DNA of 64,000 nt, taken from Malacoraja senta (taxonomy: Eukaryota). A program made the translations under genes and the position numbers. Below the pieces are notes generated by a model. The model saw only the letters and a program-made list of their open reading frames with translations, did not search any database and was not told the origin of the DNA. Shown here in pieces: positions 22,738 through 36,305 of this stretch (position 1 is the first letter of the stretch; each line of letters begins with the position of its first letter). The DNA lies in the NCBI GenBank assembly GCA_038087875.1, contig JAXLNO010000202.1:248001-312000 (forward strand). The letters run 5' to 3'.

Positions 22738-25700
22738 AGATACATAGATACATACACAATAGGTGCAGGAGTAGCATCATTCCAGCCAGCACCACCATTC
22801 AATGCGATCATGGCTGATAATCCTCAATCAGTACCCCGTTCCTGCCTTCTCCCATACCCTTGATTCCGCTAGCCCCAAGAGCGATATCTAGCTCTCTCTT
22901 GAAAACATCCAGTGAATCGTCCTCCACTGCCTTCTGTGGCAGAGAATTTCACAAATTCACAACTCTCTGGGGGAAAAGGTTTTTCCTCATCTCAGTTCTA
23001 AATGGCCTACCCCTTATTCTTAAACTGTGGCCCCTGGTTCTGGACTTCCCCAACATCGGGAACATGTTTCCTGCCTCTAGCGTGTCCAAGCCCTTGACAA
23101 TCTTATATGTTTCAATAAGATCCCCTCTCATCCTAAACTCCAGAATATACAAGCCCAGCCGCTCCATTCTATCAACATATGACAGTCCCGCCATCCCGGG
23201 AATTAACCTTGTAAACCTACGCTGCACTCCCTCAATAGCGAGAATGTCCTTCCACAAATTAGGAGACCAAAACTGCACACAATACTCCAGGAGTGGTCTC
23301 ACCAGGGCCTTGTAAAACTGCAGAAGGACCTGTTTGCTCCTATACTCAACTCTTCTTGTTATGAAGGCCAACATGCCATTAACTTTCTTCACGGCCTGCT
23401 GTACCTGCATGCTTACTTTCAGTGACAAATGTACAAGACCCCCTAGTCTCTTTGTACTTCCCCTTTCCTAACCTGACAGCATTCAGATAATAATCTGCCT
23501 TCCTGTTCTTGCCTCACATTTATCCACATTAAACTGCATCTGCCATGCATCTGCCCACTCCCCCAACCAATTCAAGTCACCCTGCATTCTCATAGCATCC
23601 TCCTCACAGTTCACACTGCCACCCAGCTTTGTGTCATCTGCAAAGTGTGCTAATGATACTTTTAATTCCTTCATCTAAATCATTGATGTATATCGTAAAT
23701 AGCTGCGGTCCATGCACCGAGCCTTGCGGTACCCACTAGATACTGCCTGCCATTCTGAAAGGGACCCATTAATCCCTTCTTTTTGTTCCCTGTCTGCCAA
23801 CCAATTTTCTATCCATGTCAGCACCCAACCCCCAATATCGTGTGCCCTCATTTTGTCCACTAATCTCCTATGTGGGACCTTATCAAATGCTTTCTGAAAG
23901 TCCAGGTACACTACATCCACTGGCTCTCTCTTGTCCATTTTACTTGTTACATCCTCAAAAAATTCCAGAAGATTAGATACATAGAAACATAGAAAATAGG
24001 TGCAGGAGTAGGCCATTCGGCCCTTCGAGCCTGCACCGCCATTCAATATGATCATGGCTGATCATCCAACTCAGTATCCCGTACCTGCCTTCTCTCCATA
24101 CCCCCTGATCCCCTTAGCCACAAGGGCCACATCTAACTCCCTCTTAAATATAGCCAATGAACTGGCCTCAACTACCTTCTGTGGCAGAGAGTTCCAGAGA
24201 TTCACCACTCTCTGTGTGAAAAATGTTTTTCTCATCTCGGTCCTAAAATATTTCCCCTTTATCCTTAAACTGTGACCCCTTGTTCTGGACTTCCCCAACA
24301 TCGGGAATAATCTTCCTGCATCTAGCCTGTCCAACCCCATAAGAATTTTGTAAGTTTCTATAAGATCCCCCCTCAATCTTCCAAATTCTAGCGAGTACAA
24401 GCCAAGTCTATCCAGTCTTTCTTCATATGAAAGTGCTGACATCCCAGGAATCAGTCTGGTGAACCTTTTCTGTACTCCCTCTAGGGCAAGAATGTCTTTC
24501 CTCAGATTAGGAGACCAAAACTGTACGCAATACTCCAGGTGTGGTCTCACCAAGACCCTGCACAACTGCAGTAGAACCTCCCTGCTCCTATACTCAAATC
24601 CTTTTGCTATGAATGCTAACATACCATTCGCTTTCTTCACTGCTTGCTGCACCTGCATGCCTACTTTCAATGACTGGTGTACCATGACACCCAGGTCTTG
24701 TTGCATCTCCCCTTTTCCTAATCGGCCACCATTCAGATAATAGTCTACTTTCCTGTTTTGCCACCAAAGTGGATAACCTCACATTTATCCACATTATACT
24801 GCATCTGCCATGCATTTGCCCACTCACCCAGCCTATCCAAGTCACCTTGCAGTCTCCTAGCATCCTCCTCACAGTTAACACTGTCCCCCAGCTTCGTGTC
24901 ATCCGCAAACTTGGAGATCTTGCATTCAATTCCCTCGTCCAAAGCATTAATATATATTGTAAATAGCTGGGGTCCCAGCACCGAGCCTTGCGGTACCCCA
25001 CTAGTCACTGCCTGCCATTGTGAAAAGGACCCGTTTACTCCTACTCTTTGCTTCCTCTGCCAGCCAGTTCTCTATCCACATCAATACTGAACCCCCAATA
25101 CCGTGTGCTTTAAGTTTGTATACTAATCTCTTATGTGGGACCTTGTCGAAAGCCTTCTGAAAGTCCAGATACAACACATCCACTGGTTCTCCCCTATCCA
25201 CTCTACTAGTTACATCCTCAAAAAATTCTATAAGGTTCGTCAGACATGATTTACCTTTCATAAATCCATGCTGACTTTGTCCAATGATTTCACCACTTTC
25301 CCAATGTGCTGCTATCCCATTTTTAATAACTGACTCTGGCAGTTTCCCCACCACCGATGTTAGACTAACTGGTCTGTAATTCACTGTTTTCTCTCTCCCT
25401 TCCTTTTTAAAAAGTGGGGTTCCATTAGCTACCCTCCAGCCTATCTGGCCCTGGTGATTTATCGGCCTTTAATCCATTCAATTTACCCAACACCACTTCC
25501 CGACTAACCTGGATTTCACTCAGTTCCTCCAACTCCTTTGACCCGCGGTCCCCTGCTATTTCCGGCAGATTATTTATGTCTTCCTTAGTGAAGACAGAAC
25601 CAAAGTAGTTATTCAATTGGTCCGCCATATCCTTGTTCCCCATGATCAATTCACCTGTTTCTGACTGCAAGGGACCTACGTTTGTTTTAACTAATCTTTT

Positions 25701-26832
25701 TCTCTTCACATATCTATAAAAACTTTTGCAGTCAGTTTTTATGTTCCCTGACAGTTTTCTTTCATAATCTATTTTCCATTTCCTAATTAAGCCCTTTGTC
25801 CTCCTCTGCTGGACTATGAATTTCTCTCAATCCTCTGGTAGGCTGCTTTTTCAGGCTAATTTGTATGCTTCATCTTTTGATACTATCCCTGATGTCCCTT
25901 GTTATCCACGGATGCACTACCTTCCCTGATTTATTCTTTTGCCAAACTGGGATGAACAATTGTTGTAGTTCATCCATGCAGCCTTTAAATGCCTTCCATT
26001 GCATATCCACCATCAACCCTTTACGAATCAATTGCCAGTCTATCTTGGCCAATTCACGTCTCATCCCCTCAAAGTTACCTTTCTTTAAGTTCAGAACCCT
26101 TGTTTCTGAATTAATTATGTCACTCTCCATCCTAATGAAGAACTCAACCATATTATGGTCACTCTTGCCCAAGGGGCCACGGACAACAAGACTGCTAACT
26201 AACCCTTCCTCATTACTCAATACCCAGTCTAGAATAGCCTGCTCTCTCGTTGGGTCCTCTACATGTTGGTTTAGAAAACTATCCCGCATACATTTCAAGA
26301 AATCCTCTTCCTCAGCACCCCTGCCAATTTGATTCACCCAATCTAGATGTAGATTGAAGTCACCCATTATAACCCATTATTAGTCAAGCATGATTTCCCC
26401 TTCGTAAATCCGTGCTGACTCAGACCGATCCTGTTACCATCCAAATGTGCTGCTATTTCATCTTTAATAATCAACTCCAGCATCTTCCCCACCACCGATG
26501 TCAGGCTAACTTGTCTATTATTCCCTGCTTTCTCTCTCCCTCCCTTCTTAAAAAGTGGGATAACATTAGCTACCCTTCAATCCACAGGAACTGATCCTGT
26601 ATCTATAGAACATTGGAAACTTATCACCAATGTGTCCACGATTTCTAGAGCCACCTCATTGAGTACCCTGGGATGAAGACCATCAGGCCCTGGGGATTTA
26701 TCAGTCTTCAGTCCCATCATTCTACCCAACACCATTTCCTGACTAATGTGAATTTCCTTCAGTTCCTCCATGACCCCAGATCCGCTGGCCACTAGTACAT
26801 CTGGGAGATTGTTTGTGTCCTCCTTAGTGAAG
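22738..26832 (-). mobile_element. CR1 LINE host copy (22738-23976 and 26379-26832)
   Basis: RT motifs HFADDTKL and FQKAFDKVPH; resumes with KSPGPDGLHPRVL beyond the nested copy. Confidence 0.88.
23977..26378 (-). mobile_element. Nested young CR1 LINE, ~2.4 kb (APE C-terminus to 3' tail)
   Basis: MGDFN..ILDWVL..SDHN; VPQGSVLGP; FADDTK; ORF 24071-24706; candidate TSD attag. Confidence 0.92.
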
Positions 26833-26960
26833 GGAAAGAGGGTAACTGGAGGGAGAACAGAGCCCCTCAGAACCAAAGCGGTCACCTCAGTGTAGAACCA
26901 CAGGAGATGGGCAAGGAGGATGGAGAAACTTGGGGCAGTCACTGGAAGCGTCTTCAGAGC

Positions 26961-27177
26961 AGGTAGACACAAAATGCCGGAGTAACTCAGCGGGACAGGC
27001 AGCATCACTGGAGAGAAGGAATGGGTGACGTTTTGGGTCAAGACCCTTCTTCAGACTGAAGATCTGAGAAATGCCACCCATTCCTTCTCGTCAGAGATGC
27101 TGCCTGGCCTGCTGTTACTCCAGCATTTTGTGTCTACGTTTGATTTAAACCAGCAGCTGCAGTTCTTTCCTACACAT
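26961..27177. mobile_element. Penelope-like pLTR inverted pair
   Basis: gtagacacaaaatgc..ggagtaac on the left arm; gttactccagcattttgtgtctac on the right arm. Confidence 0.75.
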
Positions 27178-27834
27178 GTCTTGAGAGCAGTAAGTGTTAT
27201 GGTGGAAGTGGTGCTGAAGGTACTACAGTGTATGAAGGTTGACAAAGCTCCAGGTCCTGAGCAGATATATCAGACGACGTTGTGGGAAACTAGAGAGGAG
27301 ATTGCGGGCACACTGGTTTAAATTTATGTTGTCATTACAAACAGGAAGGGTGCTGGAAGGCTGGGGGTATCTGACGTTGTGCCTCTATTCAAGAAGGACT
27401 ACAAGGTAAGGCTGGGAATAGACCAGTGAGCCTAACCTCTGTGGCTGGCATGTTACTGGAGAGGATTCTTTTTTTTTTATTTTATTATTATTTTTTTTTT
27501 TATTTTTATTTATTAGAAGTACATTACATTACAACCGCATACATTAGTACTCGTCATTTATATCTTCTTACTGGAGAGGATTCTGAGGGTGAAGAGGATT
27601 ACAAGGGGAATAGATTGAGTGAATGTGCAGTATTTTACCCAAAGTAGGGGAATCAAGAACTAGAGGACATGGGATTAAGGTGAGAGGGGAAGGGTTCAAT
27701 AGTAATCTGAGGGGTAACTTTTCCACACAGAGGGTGGTGGGTGTATGGAACAAGCTGCCGGAGGAGGTAGTTGAGGCAGGGACTATCGCAACATTTAAAA
27801 GTCATGGATAGGACAGGTTTGGAGGGATCGGGCC

Positions 27835-28360
27835 AAGTCTTCTACTGCAATTGTACAGGGTCTTGGTGAGACCACACCTGGAGTATTGCGTACAGTTTTG
27901 GTCTCCTAATCTGAGGAAAGACATTCTTGCCCTAGAGGGAGTACAGAAAAGTATTTAGAAGATTGAGGGGGGATCTTATAGAAACTTACAAAATTCTTAA
28001 GGGGTTGGACAGGCTAGATGTAGGAAGATTATTCCCGATGTTGGGGAAGTCCAGAACAAGGGGTCACAGTTTAAGGATAAGAGGGAAGTCTTTTAGGACT
28101 GAGATGAGAAAATCATTTTTTACACAGAGAGTGGTGAATCTGTGGAATTCTCTGCCACAGAAGGTAGTTGAGGCCAGTTCATTGGCTATATTTAAGAGGG
28201 TGTTAGATGTGGCCCTTGTGGCTAAAAGGATCAGGGGGTATGGAGAGAAGGCAGGGATGGGATACTGAGTTGGATGATCAGCCATGATCATATCGAATGG
28301 CGATGCAGGCTCAAAGGGCCAAATGGCCTACTCCTGCACCTATTTTCTATGTTTCTATGT
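27835..28360 (+). mobile_element. CR1 LINE 3' end
   Basis: ORF 27963-28268 and (ctatgttt) tail. Confidence 0.9.
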
Positions 28361-28361
28361 G

Positions 28362-28830
28362 TGGGCAGGTGGGACTAGTGTAACTGGGGCATGTTGGTCA
28401 GGGTGGGACTAGTGTAGATGGGGCATGTTGGTCGGAATGGGACTAGTGTAGATGTGGAATGTTGGTCGGGGTGGGACTAATGTAGATGGGGCATGTTGGT
28501 CGGGGTGGGACTAGTGTAGATGGGGCATGTTGGGCAGGTGAGACTAGTGGAGATGGGGCATGTTGGTCGGGGTGGGACTAGTGTAGATGGGGCATGTTGG
28601 TCGGGGTGGGACTAGTGTAGATGGGGCATGTTGGTCTGGGTGGGACTAGTGCAGATGGGGCATGTTGGTCGGGGTGGGAATAGTGTAGATGGGCCATGTT
28701 GGTCGGGGTGGTGTAGATGGAGCATGTTGGTTGGGGTGGGACTAGTGTAGATGGGGCATGTTGGTCGGGGTGGGACTAGTGTAGATGGGGCATGTCGGTA
28801 GGGGTGGATAGGTTGGCCTGTTTCTGTGCT
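28362..28830 (+). repeat. ~34-bp minisatellite derived from a CR1 3' UTR segment
   Basis: Unit ggggtgggactagtgtagatggggcatgttggtc; the same string occurs once in LINE tails, e.g. ~29381-29415. Confidence 0.88.
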
Positions 28831-29623
28831 GTGTGTGTTTCCACTTGAGTGGGTGCATTGAGGCTGGGAGCCGTAGATGGTAAACAGCAAGGTACGTGTC
28901 CTGCAGCAGCAGGAGGGGGTGTGTGCTCATTAGAGCGATGGCAGAAAGAAGCAACCCATCTGTCAGGCAGCAGGTGTGAGTGTATAATGACAGGCACAGC
29001 TACACAGGCAGTAAGCATCACACTCCCTGTGGCAATGCCAGATATGCCCACACTCTCCATTGTAAGTAGCGGCTTGTTTACTCTGCAGCAAGCGGCACTA
29101 ATGTGGGCAAGGTTCTGTCTGAAACACACCCACTAATGTCAGCAATAATGTGTCTTTTACCCAGAGCAGGGGATCAAGAACCAGGGGACATGCGTTTATG
29201 GATAGAAGGCAAAGATGAAATAGGAACCTGAGGGGTAACTTTTCCACACAGAGGGTGGTGGGTGTATGGAACAAGATGCCAGAGAAGGTAGATGAGGCAG
29301 CAACTATGACAACATTTAAAAGACATTTGGACAGGTACACGGATAGGACAGGTTTAGAGGGATATGGGTCAAACGTGGGCAGGTGGGACTAGTGTAGAAG
29401 GGGCATGTTGGTTGGCATGGGTGAGTTGGGCCGAAGGGCCTGTTTCCGTGCTGTGTGACTGCAATGTGATGATTTGTAGAAGGGATCAAGAGTTAAGAGT
29501 GTTTTATTGTCACGTGTCCCAGACAGAACAATAACATTCTTACTTGCTGCAGCTCAACACAATATGGAAACATAGTACACTGTAAACGATATCATCAACG
29601 AGAACAATAGATCAATGTCTGTA

Positions 29624-29632
29624 CATATACAT

Positions 29633-29685
<53 letters not shown>

Positions 29686-29689
29686 CACA

Positions 29690-29727
<38 letters not shown>

Positions 29728-29738
29728 CACACACACAT

Positions 29739-29773
<35 letters not shown>

Positions 29774-29786
29774 TACACATATATAC

Positions 29787-29862
<76 letters not shown>

Positions 29863-29875
29863 ATATACACACACG

Positions 29876-29951
<76 letters not shown>

Positions 29952-29976
29952 TACACACACACATATATACACACAC

Positions 29977-30026
<50 letters not shown>

Positions 30027-30036
30027 ATATACACAC

Positions 30037-30081
<45 letters not shown>

Positions 30082-30311
30082 TATATACACACACACACAC
30101 ACACACATACACACACACATATATACACACACACATATATACACACACATACACACACACACCCTCATACACACACACACACGTATATACACACACACAC
30201 ACACACACACATATATACACACACATATACACACACATACACACACACACCCTGATACACACACACACGGACACACACACACACACACGTATATATATAC
30301 ACACACACACA
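29624..30311. repeat. Compound (CA)n/(TA)n microsatellite
   Basis: Direct. Confidence 0.98.
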
Positions 30312-30764
30312 TTATAGATTTAACTGTACCCAATAAGTGGCAAACCAGCAAAAGCAGGTTTTATACAGTTTAGACTCTTTATTGTCTAAAGAAGTAAGTG
30401 GGTGATGAGTGGATTATTGAGTGTATTAGCATGGCCAGCACAGAGATCAGGTACGGGCAGCCTTGTGTGGATCATGAGCAGATGTTGATCAGTCTTCACT
30501 CTTACTCGGATCAGCAAGATTGGATTAGTCCGTGGATTACGATGGCTTTGGAAACTGCCAGGAATAGAGGCAGTGAGTGGCATCAACTGAGCTTGTCTTC
30601 CACAACAGACTACAGCAGTGAGAGATTCACTCCTCTCCTCCCACCTCACCGTCCTTGCATCGGTTACTGCTCTCAGGTAGAACATTGTCCAATGACCACA
30701 ACACCATCACCACCTTCTCACTCTGCTCCTCACCAGGTGACCTCATATAGTCACAGATAACAGT

Positions 30765-31580
30765 CACAGAGACACAGAGACACAGAGACACAGAGACACA
30801 GAGACACAGTCACAGAGACACAGAGACACAGAGACACAGAGACACAGAGACACATAGACACAGAGACACAGAGACACAGAGACACAGAGACACAGAGTCA
30901 CAGAGACACAGAGTCACAGAGTCACAGAGACACAGAGACACAGAGACACAGAGACACAGAGTCACAGAGACACAGAGACACAGAGACACACAGAGACACA
31001 GACACAGAGACACAGAGACACACAGAGACACAGACACAGAGACACAGAGACACAGAGACACACAGAGACACACAGAGACACAGAGACACAGAGACACAGA
31101 GACACAGAGACACAGAGACACAGACACAGAGACACAGAGACACAGTCATAGAGACACAGAGACACAGACACAGAGACACAGAGTCACAGAGACACCGAGA
31201 CACAGAGACACAGAGTCACAGAGACACAGAGACACACAGAGACACAGAGACACAGAGACACAGAGACACAGACACAGAGACACAGAGACACACAGAGACA
31301 CAGACACAGAGACACAGAGACACAGTCACAGAGACACAGAGACACAGACACAGAGACACAGAGACACAGAGACACAGTCACAGAGTCACAGAGACACAGA
31401 GTCACAGACACAGAGACACAGAGACACACAGAGACACAGACACAGAGACACAGAGACACAGTCACAGAGACACAGAGACACAGACACAGAGACACAGAGA
31501 CACAGAGACACAGTCACAGAGACACAGAGACACAGAGTCACAGAGACACAGAGACACAGAGACACAGAGACACACACAGA
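30765..31580. repeat. (CACAGAGA)n simple repeat
   Basis: Direct. Confidence 0.98.
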
Positions 31581-31732
31581 AACATGCAGTGTGGAAACAG
31601 GCCCTTCGGCCCAACTTGGTTTTCCAGAGACGTGTTAGAGCTTCACAGCACATGGCCAGTCCCTTCAGCCCACGAACTGTGCCACTATGCTAGCCCCATC
31701 CTATCCACACTTCCCTTCCATATTTACAACAG

Positions 31733-32008
31733 CACGGCAGCTCAGCGGTAGAGTTGCTGCCTCACAGCGCCAGAGACCCGGGTTCGATCCTGACTACGGG
31801 TTCTGTCTGTACGGAGTTTGCACGCTCTCCCGCATGGGTTTTCCCCAGGTGCCCGGGTTTCCTCAAACATTCCAAAGACATGCAGGATTGTAGGTTAATT
31901 GTCTCTAGTGCGTGTAGGATAGAACTAGTGTGTGGGTGCTTGTTGGTCAGGGTGTGCTCGATGGGCCGAAGGGCCTGTTTCCACACTGTATAACTAAACT
32001 AAACTAAA
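31733..32008 (+). mobile_element. HE1/V-SINE-like SINE
   Basis: B-box ggttcgatcc, V-domain, (ctaaa)n tail. Confidence 0.85.
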
Positions 32009-32106
32009 TGTTCTCTGTAGAAGAATGATAACTTGACCAGAAACGTCAACTAGGACTGTAGGTTCAGGTTCACGCCTGCCTTGATGGGGAAGGGGACTGG
32101 GTAGTA

Positions 32107-32405
32107 GTTTAGTTTAGTTTAGATATACAACGCAGAAACAGGCCCTTCGACCCACCGAGTCCGTGCCGACCAGCGATCCCCGTACACTAACACTGTCGTA
32201 CACACTGTAGGGACAATTTATAGAAACTATTTAACATATAAACCCGCACGTCTTTGGAATGTGGGAGGAAACCGGAGCACCCGGAGAAAACCCACACTGT
32301 CACAGGGAGAACATGCAAACTCCGTACAGACAGTACCCATAGTCAGGATGGAGCCCAAGTCTCTGGTGCTGTGAGGCAGCAGCTCTACCCGCTGCGCCAC
32401 CGTGC
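32107..32405 (-). mobile_element. HE1/V-SINE-like SINE
   Basis: Reverse-complement head cacggtggcgcagcgggtagagc, V-domain, tail. Confidence 0.85.
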
Positions 32406-33570
32406 CTTGGGGGAGCGGTGCCCGTGAGAGTCTCCCAGGAGTGGGCAGTGGGTCCCAGACCCTGGCACTCGCTGCCCGCGGAGAGGGGGGGGGGGGCACT
32501 TTGGGGAGTTGGTCAGTTCTTGGCTCGGTGGCACGTCACGCTGGTGCATGGTCCCTGTCCCCCAGTCCCCAGTCCCCAGTCCCCACGCAAGCACAGGGTG
32601 TTCACCAGCATGTAAACAAGGGGCACAGGGCACTGACGTCACCCCCTCTGTACACATCCGCCATTGTTCACATTACACCACGCTTCCTCCAGCATGATTC
32701 CTGCAGCATTGCTCCAAGACTTTGCTGACTTCCATCTGTCAGAACAGATGTAGACAAAGCTCCCTTTGATGCTGGTGACACACAATGGAACCCCTGTGAC
32801 AGAGGAACACTGCCCCAATGCAACTTTAAAGGGACATCCACAGGATGTTCACCAGCACTGAGCCCGACTTCTGCTCAGTGACAAAACTCCTGAGTGAGGC
32901 TGAGGCAACTCTAGGAAGGAGATGAGGAGGGATTTCTGCAGTCAGATGGCAGAGAATCTGTGGAATTCATTGCCACAGACGGCTGTGGAGGCCAAGTCAG
33001 ATATGACAGATATTTGATTAGTACGGGTGTCAGGGGTTAAGGGGGGAAGGCAGGAGAATGGGGTTAGGAGGGAGAGATAGATCAGCCATGATTGAATGGT
33101 GGAGTAGACCTGATGGGCCGAATGGCCTAATTCTGCTCCTAAAACATGAACTTATGACCCTTGCCATGCTAACTATGTCACAGAATCATAGGGTGACACA
33201 GTTTGGAAACAGGCCCTTTGGCCCAACTTACCCATACCGGCCAACATACCCCATCTACAATAGTTGCACCAACCTATGTTTGGCCCAGATCCCTCTAAAC
33301 CTGTCCTATCCATGTACCTGTCTAAATGTTTCTTAAATGTTGTGATAGTCCCTGCCTCAACTACCTCCACCAGCAGCTCGTTCCATACACCCACCACCCT
33401 CTGTGTGAAATCACTCGAATCCTGGCAGCATCCTCGTAAAGCTCTCTTGTGCTCTTTCCAGCTTAACAACATCCTTCCTTTAGTAGATTGACCACAACTG
33501 ACCATCATACTCCAAATGTGGTCTCACCAACATATCTACATCATCTGTAACATGACATCCCAACTTGCAG

Positions 33571-34153
33571 GCAGGACAGGCAGCATCTCTGGAGAGAAGG
33601 AATGGGTAACGTTTTGGGTCAAGACCGTTCTTCAGACTGGGAGTCAGGGGAGAGGGAGTCTAAAGATATGGAAGGGTAAGGTGTGAAAATGACCGATCAA
33701 AGCAGACGATAATAAGTAAATGTAGAATGTTTCATTGTTAGCTGAGGGGAAAGTGTCAAGGAGGCGTACAACTGTAAAATGAATCAGAAGGACAGTGAAA
33801 CTAGTCGTAGAACTAGGGTGGGGTTGGGACAGAGAGAGAGGGGAAGCCAGGGTTACTTGAAGTTAGAGAGGTCAATGTTCATACCGTTGGGGTGTAAGCT
33901 GCCCAAGTTGTTACGTCAAGGCCCATTTGCAGTGGGCCTCGCTCTGGCAGTGGAGGAGGCCCAGGACAGAACGGTCAGTGTGGGAATGGGAGAGGGAGTT
34001 AGTGTTTAGCAACCGGGAGATCGCGTAGGCCGAGGCCAGAGGAGATGCTCAGCAAGAGGACGTCACCCATTCCTTCTCTCCAGAGATGCTGCCTATCCCA
34101 CTGAGTTACTCCAGCACTCGGTGTAAACCAGCATCTGCAGTTCCTTCCTGTAC
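33571..34153 (-). mobile_element. Penelope-like element 3' part: GIY-YIG endonuclease C-terminus (~33853-34056), pLTR with mutated hammerhead, inverted pLTR piece at ~34057-34153
   Basis: Minus-strand frameshifted translation AEHL..DLPVAKH/NSLSHSHTDRSVLGLLHCQSEA..LGSLHPNGMNIDLSNFK*. Confidence 0.8.
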
Positions 34154-34467
34154 ATCCCAACTTCCCTACTGATTACTGTGACTGATGAAGGCCAGTGTGT
34201 AGCTGACCCACCCTGGTCTGTGGGTTGGGTCCTACTGCCAACAGCGGGCACAGTGAGCCAGGATCAACCATCTGTCACCAAGCCCTGTGTCCCCTTTGGC
34301 AGAGTCACCGGGCCAACCACAGGCAAGTGTTTCACAGAGAGGATAGACCCAAAATGCTGGAGTAACTCAGCGGGTCAGGCAGCATCTCTGGAGAGAAGGA
34401 ATGGGTGACGTTTCAGGTCGTGACCCTTCTTCCTTTTTCATGGAGGGGACTGGGCAGAATGTCACAG

Positions 34468-35228
34468 GCTGTATCTCCCCCTGTATCTTCCCCAGTCTCT
34501 CCCCCTGTATCTCTATATCTCCCCCTGTATCTCCCCCTGTATCTCTGTATCTCCCCCTGTATCTCTGTATCTCCCCCTGTATCACTGTATCTCCCCCTGT
34601 ATCTCCCCCTGTATCTCTGTATCTCCCCCAGTATCTCTGTATCTCCCCCTGTATATCCCCTTGTATCTCTGTATCTCCCCCTGTATCTCTGTATCTCCCC
34701 CTGTATCTCCCCCGTATCACTGTATCTCCCCCCGTATCACTGTATCTCCCCCTGTATCTCTGTATCTCCCCCTGTATCTCTGTATCTCCCCCTGTATCTC
34801 CCCCTGTATCTCCCCCTGTATCTCTGTGTCTCCCCCTGTATCTCCCCCTGTATCTCCCCCTGTATCTCTGTGTCTCCCCCTGTATCTCGCCCTATCTATG
34901 TATCTCCCCCTGTATCTCCCCCGTATCTCCCTCTGTGTCTCCCCCTGTATCTCTGTATCTCCCCCTGTATCTCTGTATCTCCCCCTGTATCTCTGTATCT
35001 CCCCCTGTATCTCTGTATCTCCCCCTGTATCTCCCCCTATATCTCTGTATCTCCCCCTGTATCTTCCCCTGTATCTCCCCTGTATCTCCCCCTGTATCTC
35101 CCCCTGTATCTCCCCCTGTATCTCCCACTGTATCTCTGTATCTCCCCCTGTATCTCTGTATCTCCCCCTGTATCTCCCCCTGTATCTCCCCCTGTATCTC
35201 TGTATCTCCCACTGTATCTCCCTCTGTG
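34468..35228. repeat. ctgtatct / ctgtatctcccc simple repeat
   Basis: Direct. Confidence 0.97.
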
Positions 35229-35714
35229 TGACGGCATGTAATTCCTAACCCAGTCTTCACCATCCTACCTCAACTAGAGAGCGGTCCTGACCTCCCATCT
35301 ACCACATTGGAGACCCTCAGACTATCCTTGATTGGGCTTTACCTTGCACCAAACGTTTGTCCCTTGATCAAGTATCTGTACATTGTGGACGGCTCGATTG
35401 TAATCACATATAGTCTTTCGAAGATAGACACAAAAAGCTGGAGTAACTCAGTGGGACAGGCAGCATCTGTGGAGAGAAGGAATGGGTGACGTTTGGGTGA
35501 AGACCCTTCCTCAGACTGGTTAGCATGCAACAATAGCTTTTCACTGTACCTCCGTACAGGTGAGAATAAACAATGTCCCTGCTGACCAGGGCCACTCAAC
35601 ATAGGGTCTGAGTCACAGACAGGACACTATATGTTGGAGGCAGGAGGATGAGCGGTGATCTATTACAGTGGTGTACAATGTTATCAAATGACAGCACGAG
35701 TAGTTGGAGGGTCA

Positions 35715-36305
35715 AGAGGGCGTACTGTAAGCTTGGCTTCATTGCTAGGGGCTTCGAATATGAGAGTCAGGAAGTCATGATTCAACTCTATAGGACTTTG
35801 GTCAGGTTGCATTTGGAGTATTGCGTGCAGTTCTGGTCACCCCATTACAGTAAGGATGTGGGGGCTTTGGAGAGGGTGCAGAGGAACTTTACCAGAACCA
35901 TGCCGGGATTAGAGGGTTTCAGCTACAGGGGGAGAGTTGGGCAGATTTTAACAGAGATTGTTTCCTCTGGAACGCTGCAGATTGAGGAGAGACTTGATAA
36001 AATGATGAGAGGCATAGATACGGTAGACAGTCAGAACCTTTTTTCTAGGGTGAAAATGTCCAACACCAGAGGGCGTAGGTTTAAGGTGAGAGGGGAAACT
36101 TTTGTTACACATGTGGTGGTTGGTGCGTGGAACAGGGGTGGTGGTGGAGGCAGATACGATAGTGGTGTTTGACAGATGTTTGACTTTGGGACAGGCACAT
36201 GGATATGCAGGGAATGGAGGGATATGGATCACGTGCAGGCAGATAAGGCATGGGATCATGTTTGGCACATTGTGGGCTGAAGGGCCTGTTCTTGTGCTGT
36301 TCTAT
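35715..36305 (+). mobile_element. Older CR1 LINE 3' fragment
   Basis: [37 protein letters not shown]. Confidence 0.85.

Noticed and set aside
28776..29136. Overlapping 117-aa and 95-aa ORFs in unique DNA
   Set aside because: No recognisable homology or convincing splice-site pair
29554..31653. Long Cys/Val, His/Thr and Ser/Leu/Cys ORFs (also 34401-35263, 55320-56297, 57092-57607, 59961-61178)
   Set aside because: Stop-free translations of microsatellites
32630..32735. EGF-like peptide CNVNNGGC on the minus strand
   Set aside because: A stop follows within a few codons and the remaining cysteines are absent
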